Origin: Auanema rhodensis
Lineage: Eukaryota; Animalia; Nematoda
DNA: 64,000 nt
NCBI GenBank assembly: GCA_964057225.1
Contig: OZ059898.1
Location: 11,346,001 to 11,410,000 of the forward strand
Direction of reading: 5' to 3'
Shown here: piece by piece, positions 13,520 through 27,238 of the stretch
Numbering within the stretch: the stretch's first letter is position 1
Layout of the letters: every line of letters starts with the position of its first letter
The notes under the pieces: generated by a model
What the model saw: only the letters and a program-made list of their open reading frames with translations
Database searches by the model: none
Told to the model about the DNA's origin: nothing
Made by a program: the position numbers and the translations under genes

Positions 13520-16500
13520 CGTTCCGTTATGCTCTCACGTCGATCCTATAGACCAATAAAGCCTACAAGATGAGTGTGATAGTATTCCAGATGTAGCGGT
13601 AGATAAAGAGCATAATGGATAAACATAAGACTCAAGAAAGAAAGGTTTATTATGTCTACATAATTACAATAAGTTATAAAAGTATACATAAAGATATAAA
13701 GTGAAAGAGAGCTAAGAAAGGAAGACCAACCATCCATAGTCATTCCATAAGGCAAAGCTGAAGTCTGTGTTCCATATGAAGGGCGTGTCGTCCTCTCTCA
13801 GCCTGATGTCGTCTGATTCCAACCCGCCTGCTACGTATTGATTTCCGAATGGAAAGTGCCATTTTTTCGAGTTTATGTCGCGTCCTCGCGAATAGCAAAA
13901 TATGTGGCTTGTTCCAATCGTAGCAGAAGGTTTAGATTTAAAAATCAAAAATTACAATTTTAACATAAAAATAGTAAAGATAAATTACAATATAATGTTA
14001 AACAATATTATGTGCAAAGAATTCAATACAAATTATTTGAAAATACATGAATATTAAGAAATAAAATAATCTTTTAGAATACCAGGGCTATATTTTGTCA
14101 GCGAGAGTGCGCAAAATAGCTTTTTAGGCACGACGCTGCATGTCTAACTTGTTTGAGTATAGAGAAACGAGAGTCATGCTATATTATCGATGGAGCTAGC
14201 ATGTTTCCTCAGCGTATTCAAAGCAAATTGTAATAATAAAAAAATGAAAATAAATTAAATCCCATATAATTTCCGGAATTGAATCATTAACTACTTGATA
14301 AGGACTGTTGCTCAGATGAATATGCAATATAATGTCTCTTATCTTTCATTTCTTCTTTATTCACGGGAAATTATTTGAAATTGATGTTTTTTTTCGAAAA
14401 ATTGAAGTTTTATAATCATATATGCTTTGAAACTGAAATGCTTTTTGATTATTAGCTTACATCTCGTCTTACTCAAGTTTTTCAATGATATAATAATATT
14501 AATAGCTCTGGTTTTTTAAAAGAGAGTTGATACAAAGTTTTACAATAATTTTATCAATCTCGAAATTATTTCTTTCATCGTCTTCTTCTTGGTGGTAGCC
14601 AATTTTGGTCCGATGGGTCTTCTGGTTCTGTTTCTTCAGTAGAGTCATAGTTATCGTTACCATTTATGACTTTTATGATCTCAATATCGCTGTCGTCGTC
14701 CGTGTCATAAGTCGTTGTATTTGATCGCAAAAGTTTGAGATTGTCTTTGTGTATGTCTTGAATTTTTCCAAATGGATTCTTGAGTTGTACCATGTTTCCT
14801 TCAACGTTGATGACTTTTTAGCAGTAACTGGTGTTTGTTCTTCGACTATGATGGATGTTTCTTCTCTTCCTGGTGGTACGTGATCCTCGTCGCTCAATCG
14901 TTCAATAGGTGAATAAGTGCCTGCACGAGGAGTAAAGAATTTTTCGGTTTTGTGCTCGGCTTTCTGCTCGTCTTCGATTATAGCGATGCTCTGCGCGCGA
15001 GCTTGGCTTCTGGTGAGTGGAGCTGAGTCTCGCAGATCAAAATCAGTTCGTGTACTGAGAAGTACAGCTGATCGGAATCGCTTATCCACTTTGGTAGCGC
15101 TCTTGGTTTGGAAAAACCTTGAGTGTTTAGTAACGTGGGGGATTTTGAGACGTTAATGAGTGTTATGGATAAGGAGTTTTGGAAAAGGAGGGAGAAAGCT
15201 GTGAGTAACTGGTTTGTATAGTCGGCGTTAAGGAATGAATCTAAGTTGTGGCCTTTAACAGAGATCCGCCTACTACCGTATGAAAATTTGGACTTTGTTC
15301 GCTTTCCAATTTAATATTCTTAAATGTATATAATTCAACCAGTTTGTATATGTTCAAAAATGTTCAGTGCTCACTTGATTGATGCCTGAGCAATCTCATT
15401 AGTCCTTATTCCCATTTTTTTTTCTTTTTCTGACGATTCTGATCTTCTTGGACTCACGAGTGATCGAAAATGCCACGAAAATGGACTTTGGTAAATGTTC
15501 AAAGGATTTTAGCGGTTTTCGTAATGTACATTCGTAATAGCATTACTTTTTAAGGAAGCAATTTGGAAAACGAATGAGTATCGTAGTCCCATCATGATCA
15601 GAAATCTAGTTTTAAAATTATGGCTAGGAATAGATGACTAAAGATTACAATAACTATAATTAAAGAATTAAGGTGTTTAGGAATGAGTCTTATGCCTCAA
15701 AACAACAATAACGGTATGAGGAAGGTGACATATAGTAAGGGGAGAAAATCCAAACTGATATGCTTAAGCCAACACGACCTGATAGACAATCACTAATAAT
15801 AATTCAGTTCGTAAAATTGTACAGGATTTTTCGGACTATAGCGATCTTAAAATTCACTTTTCATAATATTCCTCCCATTTAGGTGTGGTTTCCCGTGTAA
15901 ATTCAATGCGTTATCAAAATATTTTTGGATGTTAATGGCAAAAAGTTGTCTGAACAGCAATGTAACGCAAAATAAAATAGTCCTGATCGCAAAATATGAA
16001 ATAAACTCAATTTGGTGCACAAAATTGTTTCATCCACAAAAATAAAGAAATAACCGTGGCTATTCTTTCCTCGAAGCCAAAATCAATCCTTATAAGGAGA
16101 AAGTGTGGGCATAAATCTCAAAAAAAATATCCTTAGGTGAATTTGTTCACTAATTCATCCTAGGGTCCTCAAAAATGCTTCGAGTTCGGGTAACAGAGTA
16201 TTTGATGTTAACAGCAAGGATATAAAAATTGTTGGGTTCAGACACACAGAAAATTGTGAACAAACGGGAAAACATAACTTCTTTTTCAAAAAATATAAAA
16301 TATCCATCTCCAAAAGGAGTGGTCCTTGCATCTGTTCCCTTTTAAACGTTGTTGGCCCCACCGTATTGTGTTAAGACATGGAGTAGATGGTTTAGAGATA
16401 TAAGAGAATTCAGATTCAATGAATTGTATTGAAAATAACGAAATATAAGAGAAAATAGTCAAGAAATCAAGATAAAATGTTCGAGGTGGAACCTCCACGT

Positions 16501-16834
16501 TCCGTTATGCTCTCACGTCGATCCTATAGACCAATAAAGCCTACAAGATGAGTGTGATAGTATTCCAGATGTAGCGGTAGATGAAGAGCATAATGGATAA
16601 ACATAAGACTCGAGAAAGAAAGGTTTATTATGTCTACATGATTACAATAAGTTATAGAAGTCTACCTAAAGATATAAAGTGAAAGAGAGCTAAGAAAGGA
16701 AGACCAACCATCCATAGTCATTCCATAAGGCAAAGCTGAAGTCTGTGTTCCATATGAAGGGCGTGTCGTCCTCTCTCAGCCTCATGTCGTCTGATTCTAA
16801 CCCGCCTGCTACGTATTGATTTCCGAATGGAACG
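13520..16834 (-). mobile_element. Non-autonomous family A LTR element, copy N1 (3315 bp)
   Basis: 337-bp LTRs at 13520-13856 (3') and 16498-16834 (5'), PBS 16485-16497. Gag N-terminal fragment joined at 14813/14814 to the integrase C-terminal tail. Confidence 0.95.
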
Positions 16835-19800
16835 CAATGATCTCGTACTTATCGGAATTAAATCAAAAGGGATCAAAAAAGTGTGTTCTAGTGCAAAATA
16901 TTCGCAGTCAGCAGGATTCGAACCTACGCGGGCAGAGCCCAATTGATTTCTAGTCAATCTCCTTAACCACTCGGACATGACTGCTTGTAGAAGGAATATA
17001 CTTTACAGTTAAAGTGATAGACGCAATGATCTCGTACTTTTTGGAATAAGATCAAAAGGGATCAAAAAATTGATTTCTCATGCAAAATATTCGCAGTCAG
17101 CAGGATTCGAACCTACGCGGGCAGAGCCCAATTGATTTCTAGTCAATCTCCTTAACCACTCGGACATGACTGCTTGTAGAAGGAATATACTTTACAGTTA
17201 AAGTGATAGACGCAATGATCTCGTACTTTTTGGAATAAGATCAAAAGGGATCAAAAAATTGATTTCTCATGCAAAATATTCGCAGTCAGCAGGATTCGAA
17301 CCTACGCGGGCAGAGCCCAATTGATTTCTAGTCAATCTCCTTAACCACTCGGACATGACTGCTTGTAGAAGGAATATACTTTACAGTTAAAGTGATAGAC
17401 GCAATGATCTCGTACTTTTTGGAATAAGATCAAAAGGGATCAAAAAATTCATTTCTCATGCAAAATATTCGCAGTCAGCAGGATTCGAACCTACGCGGGC
17501 AGAGCCCAATTGATTTCTAGTCAATCTCCTTAACCACTCGGACATGACTGCTTGTAGAAGGAATATACTTCACAGTTAAAGTGATAGACGCAATGATCTC
17601 GTACTTATTGGAATTAGATCAAAAAGCATCAAAAAAATGATTTCTCATGCAAAATATTCGCAGTCAGCACGATTCGAACCTACGCGGGCAGAGCCCAATT
17701 GATTTCTAGTCAATCTCCTTAACCACTCGGACATGACTGCTTGTAGAAGGAATATACTTCACAGTTAAAGTGATAGACGCAATGATCTCGTACTTATTGG
17801 AATAAGATCAAAAAGCATCAAAAAAGTGATTTCTCATGCAAAATATTCGCAGTCAGCAGGATTCGAACCTACGCGGGCATAGCCCAATTGATTTCTAGTC
17901 AATCTCCTTAACCACTCGGACATGACTGCTTGTAGAAGGAATATACTTTACAGTTAAAGTGATAGACGCAATGATTTCGTACATATTTGAATTAGATCAA
18001 AAAGCATCAAAAAATTGATTTCTCATGCAAAATATTCGCAGTCAGCAGGATTCGAACCTACGCGGGCAGAGCCCAATTGATTTCTAGTCAATCTCCTTAA
18101 CCACTCGGACATAACTGCTTGTAGAAGGAATATACTTTACAGTTAAAGTGATAGACGCAATGATGTCGTACTTTTTGGAATAAGATCAAAAGGGATCAAA
18201 AAATTGATTTCTCATGCAAAATATTCGCAGTCAGCAGGATTCGAACCTACGCGGGCAGAGCCCAATTGATTTCTAGTCAATCTCCTTAACCACTCGGACA
18301 TGACTGCTTGTAGAATGAATACACTTTACAGTTAAAGTGATAGACGCAATGATCTCGGACTTTTTGGAATAAGATCAAAAGGGATCAAAAAATTGATTTC
18401 TCATGCAAAATATTCGCAGTCAGCAGGATTCAAACCTACGCGGGCCGAGCCCAATTGATTTCTAGTCAATCTCCTTAACCACTCGGACATGACTGCTTGT
18501 AGAAGGAATATACTTCACAGTTCAAGTGATAGACGCAATGATCTCGTACTTTTTGGAATAAGATCAAAAGAGATCAAAAAATTCATTTCTCATGCAAAAT
18601 ATTCGCAGTCAGCAGGATTCGAACCTACGCGGGCAGAGCCCAATTGATTTCTAGTCAATCTCCTTAACCACTCGGACATGACTGCTTGTAGAAGGAATAT
18701 ACTTTACAGTTAAAGTGATAGACGCAATGATCTCGTACTTTTTGGAATAAGATCAAAAGGGATCAAAAAATTGATTTCTCATGCAAAATATTCGCAGTCA
18801 GCAGGATTCGAACCTACGCGGGCAGAGCCCAATTGATTTCTAGTCAATCTCCTTAACCACTCGGACATGACTGCTTGTAGAAGGAATATACTTTACAGTT
18901 AAAGTGATAGACGCAATGATCTCGTACTTTTTGGAATAAGATCAAAAGGGATCAAAAAATTGATTTCTCATGCAAAATATTCGCAGTCAGCAGGATTCGA
19001 ACCTACGCGGGCAGAGCCCAATTGATTTCTAGTCAATCTCCTTAACCACTCGGACATGACTGCTTGTAGAAGGAATATACTTTACAGTTAAAGTGATAGA
19101 CGCAATGATCTCGTACTTTTTGGAATAAGATCAAAAGGGATCAAAAAATTGATTTCTCATGCAAAATATTCGCAGTCAGCAGGATTCGAACCTACGCGGG
19201 CAGAGCCCAATTGATTTCTAGTCAATCTCCTTAACCACTCGGACATGACTGCTTGTAGAAGGAATATACTTTACAGTTAAAGTGATAGACGCAATGATCT
19301 CGTACTTTTTGGAATAAGATCAAAAGGGATCAAAAAATTGATTTCTCATGCAAAATATTCGCAGTCAGCAGGATTCGAACCTACGCGGGCAGAGCCCAAT
19401 TGATTTCTAGTCAATCTCCTTAACCACTCGGACATGACTGCTTGTAGAAGGAATATACTTCACAGTTCAAGTGATAGACGCAATGATGTCGTACTTTTTG
19501 GAATAAGATCAAAAGGGATCAAAAAATTCATTTCTCATGCAAAATATTCGCAGTCAGCAGGATTCGAACCTACGCGGGCAGAGCCCAATTGATTTCTAGT
19601 CAATCTCCTTAACCACTCGGACATGACTGCTTGTAGAAGGAATATACTTTACAGTTAAAGTGATAGACGCAATGATCTCGTACTTTTTGGAATAAGATCA
19701 AAAGGGATCAAAAAATTCATTTCTCATGCAAAATATTCGCAGTCAGCAGGATTCGAACCTACGCGGGCAGAGCCCAATTGATTTCTAGTCAATCTCCTTA

Positions 19801-22800
19801 ACCACTCGGACATGACTGCTTGTAGAATGAATACACTTTACAGTTAAAGTGATAGACGCAATGATCTCGTACTTTTTGGAATAAGATCAAAAGGGATCAA
19901 AAAATTGATTTCTCATGCAAAATATTCGCAGTCAGCAGGATTCGAACCTACGCGGGCAGAGCCCAATTGATTTCTAGTCAATCTCCTTAACCACTCGGAC
20001 ATGACTGCTTGTAGAATGAATACACTTTACAGTTAAAGTGATAGACGCAATGATCTCGTACTTTTTGGAATAAGATCAAAAGGGATCAAAAAATTGATTT
20101 CTCATGCAAAATATTCGCAGTCAGCAGGATTCGAACCTACGCGGGCAGAGCCCAATTGATTTCTAGTCAATCTCCTTAACCACTCGGACATGACTGCTTG
20201 TAGAATGAATACACTTTACAGTTAAAGTGATAGACGCAATGATCTCGTACTTTTTGGAATAAGATCAAAAGGGATCAAAAAATTGATTTCTCATGCAAAA
20301 TATTCGCAGTCAGCAGGATTCGAACCTACGCGGGCAGAGCCCAATTGATTTCTAGTCAATCTCCTTAACCACTCGGACATGACTGCTTGTAGAAGGAATA
20401 TACTTTACAGTTAAAGTGATAGACGCAATGATCTCGTACTTTTTGGAATAAGATCAAAAGGGATCAAAAAATTGATTTCTCATGCAAAATATTCGCAGTC
20501 AGCAGGATTCGAACCTACGCGGGCAGAGCCCAATTGATTTCTAGTCAATCTCCTTAACCACTCGGACATGACTGCTTGTAGAAGGAATATACTTCACAGT
20601 TCAAGTGATAGACGCAATGATGTCGTACTTTTTGGAATAAGATCAAAAGGGATCAAAAAATTCATTTCTCATGCAAAATATTCGCAGTCAGCAGGATTCG
20701 AACCTACGCGGGCAGAGCCCAATTGATTTCTAGTCAATCTCCTTAACCACTCGGACATGACTGCTTGTAGAAGGAATATACTTTACAGTTAAAGTGATAG
20801 ACGCAATGATCTCGTACTTTTTGGAATAAGATCAAAAGGGATCAAAAAATTCATTTCTCATGCAAAATATTCGCAGTCAGCAGGATTCGAACCTACGCGG
20901 GCAGAGCCCAATTGATTTCTAGTCAATCTCCTTAACCACTCGGACATGACTGCTTGTAGAATGAATACACTTTACAGTTAAAGTGATAGACGCAATGATC
21001 TCGTACTTTTTGGAATAAGATCAAAAGGGATCAAAAAATTGATTTCTCATGCAAAATATTCGCAGTCAGCAGGATTCGAACCTACGCGGGCAGAGCCCAA
21101 TTGATTTCTAGTCAATCTCCTTAACCACTCGGACATGACTGCTTGTAGAATGAATACACTTTACAGTTAAAGTGATAGACGCAATGATCTCGTACTTTTT
21201 GGAATAAGATCAAAAGGGATCAAAAAATTGATTTCTCATGCAAAATATTCGCAGTCAGCAGGATTCGAACCTACGCGGGCAGAGCCCAATTGATTTCTAG
21301 TCAATCTCCTTAACCACTCGGACATGACTGCTTGTAGAATGAATACACTTTACAGTTAAAGTGATAGACGCAATGATCTCGTACTTTTTGGAATAAGATC
21401 AAAAGGGATCAAAAAATTGATTTCTCATGCAAAATATTCGCAGTCAGCAGGATTCGAACCTACGCGGGCCGAGCCCAATTGATTTCTAGTCAATCTCCTT
21501 AACCACTCGGACATGACTGCTTGTAGAAGGAATATACTTCACAGTTCAAGTGATAGACGCAATGATCTCGTACTTTTTGGAATAAGATCAAAAGAGATCA
21601 AAAAATTCATTTCTCATGCAAAATATTCGCAGTCAGCAGGATTCGAACCTACGCGGGCAGAGCCCAATTGATTTCTAGTCAATCTCCTTAACCACTCGGA
21701 CATGACTGCTTGTAGAATGAATACACTTTACAGTTAAAGTGATAGACGCAATGATCTCGTACTTTTTGGAATAAGATCAAAAGGGATCAAAAAATTGATT
21801 TCTCATGCAAAATATTCGCAGTCAGCAGGATTCGAACCTACGCGGGCCGAGCCCAATTGATTTCTAGTCAATCTCCTTAACCACTCGGACATGACTGCTT
21901 GTAGAAGGAATATACTTCACAGTTCAAGTGATAGACGCAATGATCTCGTACTTTTTGGAATAAGATCAAAAGAGATCAAAAAATTCATTTCTCATGCAAA
22001 ATATTCGCAGTCAGCAGGATTCGAACCTACGCGGGCAGAGCCCAATTGATTTCTAGTCAATCTCCTTAACCACTCGGACATGACTGCTTGTAGAAGGAAT
22101 ATACTTTACAGTTAAAGTGATAGACGCAATGATCTCGTACTTTTTGGAATAAGATCAAAAGGGATCAAAAAATTGATTTCTCATGCAAAATATTCGCAGT
22201 CAGCAGGATTCGAACCTACGCGGGCAGAGCCCAATTGATTTCTAGTCAATCTCCTTAACCACTCGGACATGACTGCTTGTAGAAGGAATATACTTTACAG
22301 TTAAAGTGATAGACGCAATGATCTCGTACTTTTTGGAATAAGATCAAAAGGGATCAAAAAATTGATTTCTCATGCAAAATATTCGCAGTCAGCAGGATTC
22401 GAACCTACGCGGGCAGAGCCCAATTGATTTCTAGTCAATCTCCTTAACCACTCGGACATGACTGCTTGTAGAATGAATACACTTTACAGTTAAAGTGATT
22501 GACGCAATGATCTCGTACTTTTTGGAATAAGATCAAAAGGGATCAAAAAATTGATTTCTCATGCAAAATATTCGCAGTCAGCAGGATTCGAACCTACGCG
22601 GGCAGAGCCCAATTGATTTCTAGTCAATCTCCTTAACCACTCGGACATGACTGCTTGTAGAAGGAATATACTTTACAGTTAAAGTGATAGACGCAATGAT
22701 CTCGTACTTTTTGGAATAAGATCAAAAGGGATCAAAAAATTGATTTCTCATGCAAAATATTCGCAGTCAGCAGGATTCGAACCTACGCGGGCAGAGCCCA

Positions 22801-25800
22801 ATTGATTTCTAGTCAATCTCCTTAACCACTCGGACATGACTGCTTGTAGAAGGAATATACTTTACAGTTAAAGTGATAGACGCAATGATCTCGTACTTTT
22901 TGGAATAAGATCAAAAGGGATCAAAAAATTGATTTCTCATGCAAAATATTCGCAGTCAGCAGGATTCGAACCTACGCGGGCAGAGCCCAATTGATTTCTA
23001 GTCAATCTCCTTAACCACTCGGACATGACTGCTTGTAGAAGGAATATACTTTACAGTTAAAGTGATAGACGCAATGATCTCGTACTTTTTGGAATAAGAT
23101 CAAAAGGGATCAAAAAATTGATTTCTCATGCAAAATATTCGCAGTCAGCAGGATTCGAACCTACGCGGGCAGAGCCCAATTGATTTCTAGTCAATCTCCT
23201 TAACCACTCGGACATGACTGCTTGTAGAAGGAATATACTTTACAGTTAAAGTGATAGACGCAATGATCTCGTACTTTTTGGAATAAGATCAAAAAGAATC
23301 AAAAAATTGATTTCTCATGCAAAATATTCGCAGTCAGCAGGATTCGAACTTACGCGGGCAGAGCCCAATTGATTTCTAGTCAATCTCCTTAACCACTCGG
23401 ACATGACTGCTTGTAGAAGGAATATACTTTACAGTTGAAGTGATAGACGCAATGATCTCGTACTTTTTGGAATAAGATCAAAAAGAATCAAAAAATTGAT
23501 TTCTCATGCAAAATATTCGCAGTCAGCAGGATTCGAACCTACGCGGGCATAGCCCAATTGATTTCTAGTCAATCTCCTTAACCACTCGGACATGACTGCT
23601 TGTAAAAGTAATATACTTTACAGTTAAAATGATAGACGCAATGATCTCCTACTTTTTGGAATAAGATCAAAAGGGATCAAAAAATTGATTTCTCATGCAA
23701 AATATTCGCAGTCAGCAGGATTCGAACCTACGCGGGCAGAGCCCAATTGATTTCTAGTCAATCTCCTTAACCACTCGGACATGACTGCTCGTAAAAGGAA
23801 TATACTTTACAGTTAAAGTGATACACGCAATGATTTCGTACTTTTTGGAATAAGATCAAAAGGGATCAAAAAATTGGATTCTCATGCAAAATATTCGCAG
23901 TCAGCAGGATTCGAACCTACGCGGGCAGAGCCCAATTGATTTCTAGTCAATCTCCTTAACCACTCGGACATGACTGCTCGTAAAAGGAATATACTTTACA
24001 GTTAAAGTGATACACGCAATGATCTCGTACTTTTTGGAATAAGATCAAAAAGAATCAAAAAATTGATTTGTTATGCAAAATATTCGCAGTCAGCAGGATT
24101 CGAACTTACGCGGGCAGAGCCCAATTGATTTCTAGTCAATCTCCTTAACCACTCGGACATGACTGCTTGTAGAAGGAATATACTTTACAGTTGAAGTGAT
24201 AGACGCAATGATCTCGTACTTTTTGGAATAAGATCAAAAAGAATCAAAAAATTGATTTCTCATGCAAAATATTCGCAGTCAGCAGGATTCGAACCTACGC
24301 GGGCATAGCCCAATTGATTTCTAGTCAATCTCCTTAACCACTCGGACATGACTGCTTGTAAAAGTAATATACTTTACAGTTAAAATGATAGACGCAATGA
24401 TCTCCTACTTTTTGGAATAAGATCAAAAGGGATCAAAAAATTGATTTCTCATGCAAAATATTCGCAGTCAGCAGGATTCGAACCTACGCGGGCAGAGCCC
24501 AATTGATTTCTAGTCAATCTCCTTAACCACTCGGACATGACTGCTCGTAAAAGGAATATACTTTACAGTTAAAGTGATACACGCAATGATTTCGTACTTT
24601 TTGGAATAAGATCAAAAGGGATCAAAAAATTGGATTCTCATGCAAAATATTCGCAGTCAGCAGGATTCGAACCTACGCGGGCAGAGCCCAATTGATTTCT
24701 AGTCAATCTCCTTAACCACTCGGACATGACTGCTTGTAAAAGTAATATACTTTACAGTTAAAGTGATAGCCGCAATGATTTCGTACATATTAGAATTAGA
24801 TCAAAAAGCATCAAAAAATTGATTTGTCATGCAAAATATTCGCAGTCAGCAGGATTCGAACCTACGCGGGCAGAGCCCAATTGATTTCTAGTCAATCTCC
24901 TTAACCACTCGGACATGACTGCTTGTAAAAGGAATATACTTTACAGTTAAAGTGATAGACGCAATGATCTCGTACTTTTTGGAATAAGATCAAAAGGGAT
25001 CAAAAAATTGATTTCTCATACAAAATATTCGCAGTCAGCAGGATTCGAACCTACGCGGGCAGAGCCCAATTGATTTCTAGTCAATCTCCTTAACCACTCG
25101 GACATGACTGCTTGTAGAAGGAATATACTTTACAGTTAAAGTGATAGACGCAATGATCTCGTACTATTTGGAATAAGATCAAAAGGGATCAAAAAGTTGA
25201 TTTGTCATGCAAAATATTCGCAGTCAGCAGGATTCGAACCTACGCGGGCAGAGCCCATTTGATTTCTAGTCAATCTCCTTAACCACTCGGACATGACTGC
25301 TTGTAGAAGGAATATACTTTACAGTTAAAGTGATAGACGCAATGATCTCGTACTTTTTGGAATAAGATCGAAAGGGATCAAAAAATTGATTTCTCATGCA
25401 AAATATTCGCAGTCAGCAGGATTCGAACCTACGCGGGCAGAGCCCAATTGATTTCTAGTCAATCTCCTTAACCACTCGGACATGACTGCATGTATAAGGA
25501 ATATACTTTACAGTTAAAGTGATAGACGCAATGATCTCGTACTTTTTGGAATAAGATCAAATGGGATCAAAAAATTGATTTGTCATGCAAAATATTCGCA
25601 GTCAGCAGGATTCGAACCTACGCGGGCAGAGCCCAATTGATTTCTAGTCAATCTCCTGAACCACTCGGACATGACTGCTCGTAAAAGGAATATACTTTAC
25701 AGTTAAAGTGATACACGCAATGATTTCGTACTTTTTGGAATAAGATCAAAAGGGATCAAAAAATTGAATTCTCATGCAAAATATTCGCAGTCAGCAGGAT

Positions 25801-27238
25801 TCGAACCTACGCGGGCAGAGCCCAATTGATTTCTAGTCAATCTCCTTAACCACTCGGACATGACTGCTTGTAAAAGTAATATACTTTACAGTTAAAGTGA
25901 TAGCCGCAATGATTTCGTACATATTAGAATTAGATCAAAAAGCATCAAAAAATTGATTTGTCATGCAAAATATTCGCAGTCAGCAGGATTCGAACCTACG
26001 CGGGCAGAGCCCAATTGATTTCTAGTCAATCTCCTTAACCACTCGGACATGACTGCTTGTAAAAGTAATATACTTTACAGTTAAAATGATAGACGCAATG
26101 ATCTCGTACTATTTGGAATAAGATCAAAAGGGATCAAAAAGTTGATTTCTCATGCAAAATATTCGCAGTCAGCAGGATTCGAACCTACGCGTGCAGAGCC
26201 CAATTGATTTCTAGTCAATCTCCTTAACCACTCGGACATGACTGCTTGTAGAAGGAATTTACTTTACAGTTAAAGTGGTAGACGCAATGATCTCGTACTT
26301 TTTGGAATAAGAACAAATGGGATCAAAAAATTGATTTCTCATGCAAAATATTTGCAGTCAGCATGATTCGAACCTACGCGGGCAGAGCCCAATTGATTTC
26401 TAGTCAATCTCCTTAACCACTCGGACATGACTGCTTGTAAAAGGAATATACTTTACAGTTAAAGTGATAGACGCAATGATTTCGTACATATTGGAATTAG
26501 ATCAAAAAGCATCAAAAAATTGAATTCTCATGCAAAATATTCGCAGTCAGCAGGATTCAAACCTACGCGGGCAGAGCCCAATTGATTTCTAGTCAATCTC
26601 CTTAACCACTCGGACATGACTGCTTGTAGAAGGAATATACTTTACAGTTAAAGTGATAGACGCAATAATCTCGTACTTATTGGAATTAGATCAAAAAGCA
26701 TCAAAAAAGTGATTTCTCATGCAAAATATTCGCAGTCAGCAGGATTCGAACCTACGCGGGCAGAGCCCAATTGATTTCTAGTCAATCTCCTTAACCACTC
26801 GGACATGACTGCTTGTAGAAGGAATTTACTTTACAGTTAAAGTGGTAGACGCAATGATCTCGTACTTTTTGGAATAAGATCAAATGGGATCAAAAAATTG
26901 ATTTCTCATGCAAAATATTCGCAGTCAGCATGATTCGAACCTACGCGGGCAGAGCCCAATTGATTTCTAGTCAATCTCCTTAACCACTCGGACATGACTG
27001 CTTGTAGAAGGAATATACTTTACAGTTGAAGTGATAGACGCAATGATCTTGTACTTTTTGGAATAAGATATAAATGGGATCAAAAAATTGATTTCTCATG
27101 CAAAATATTCGCAGTCAGCAGGATTCGAACCTACGCGGGCAGAGCCCAATTGATTTCTAGTCAATCTCCTTAACCACTCGGACATGACTGCTTGTAGAAG
27201 GAATATACTTTACAGTTAAAGTGATAGACGCAATGATC
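16835..27238 (-). repeat. tRNA-Ser(AGA) tandem array block 2, 55 genes
   Basis: Genes from 16903-16984 to 27110-27191, 189-bp period. Confidence 0.97.

Noticed and set aside
16718-16978. ORFs crossing tRNA/LTR or tRNA/MULE junctions (also 30437, 31155, 42023, 45431)
   Set aside because: Chance read-through of tRNA and terminal-repeat sequence.
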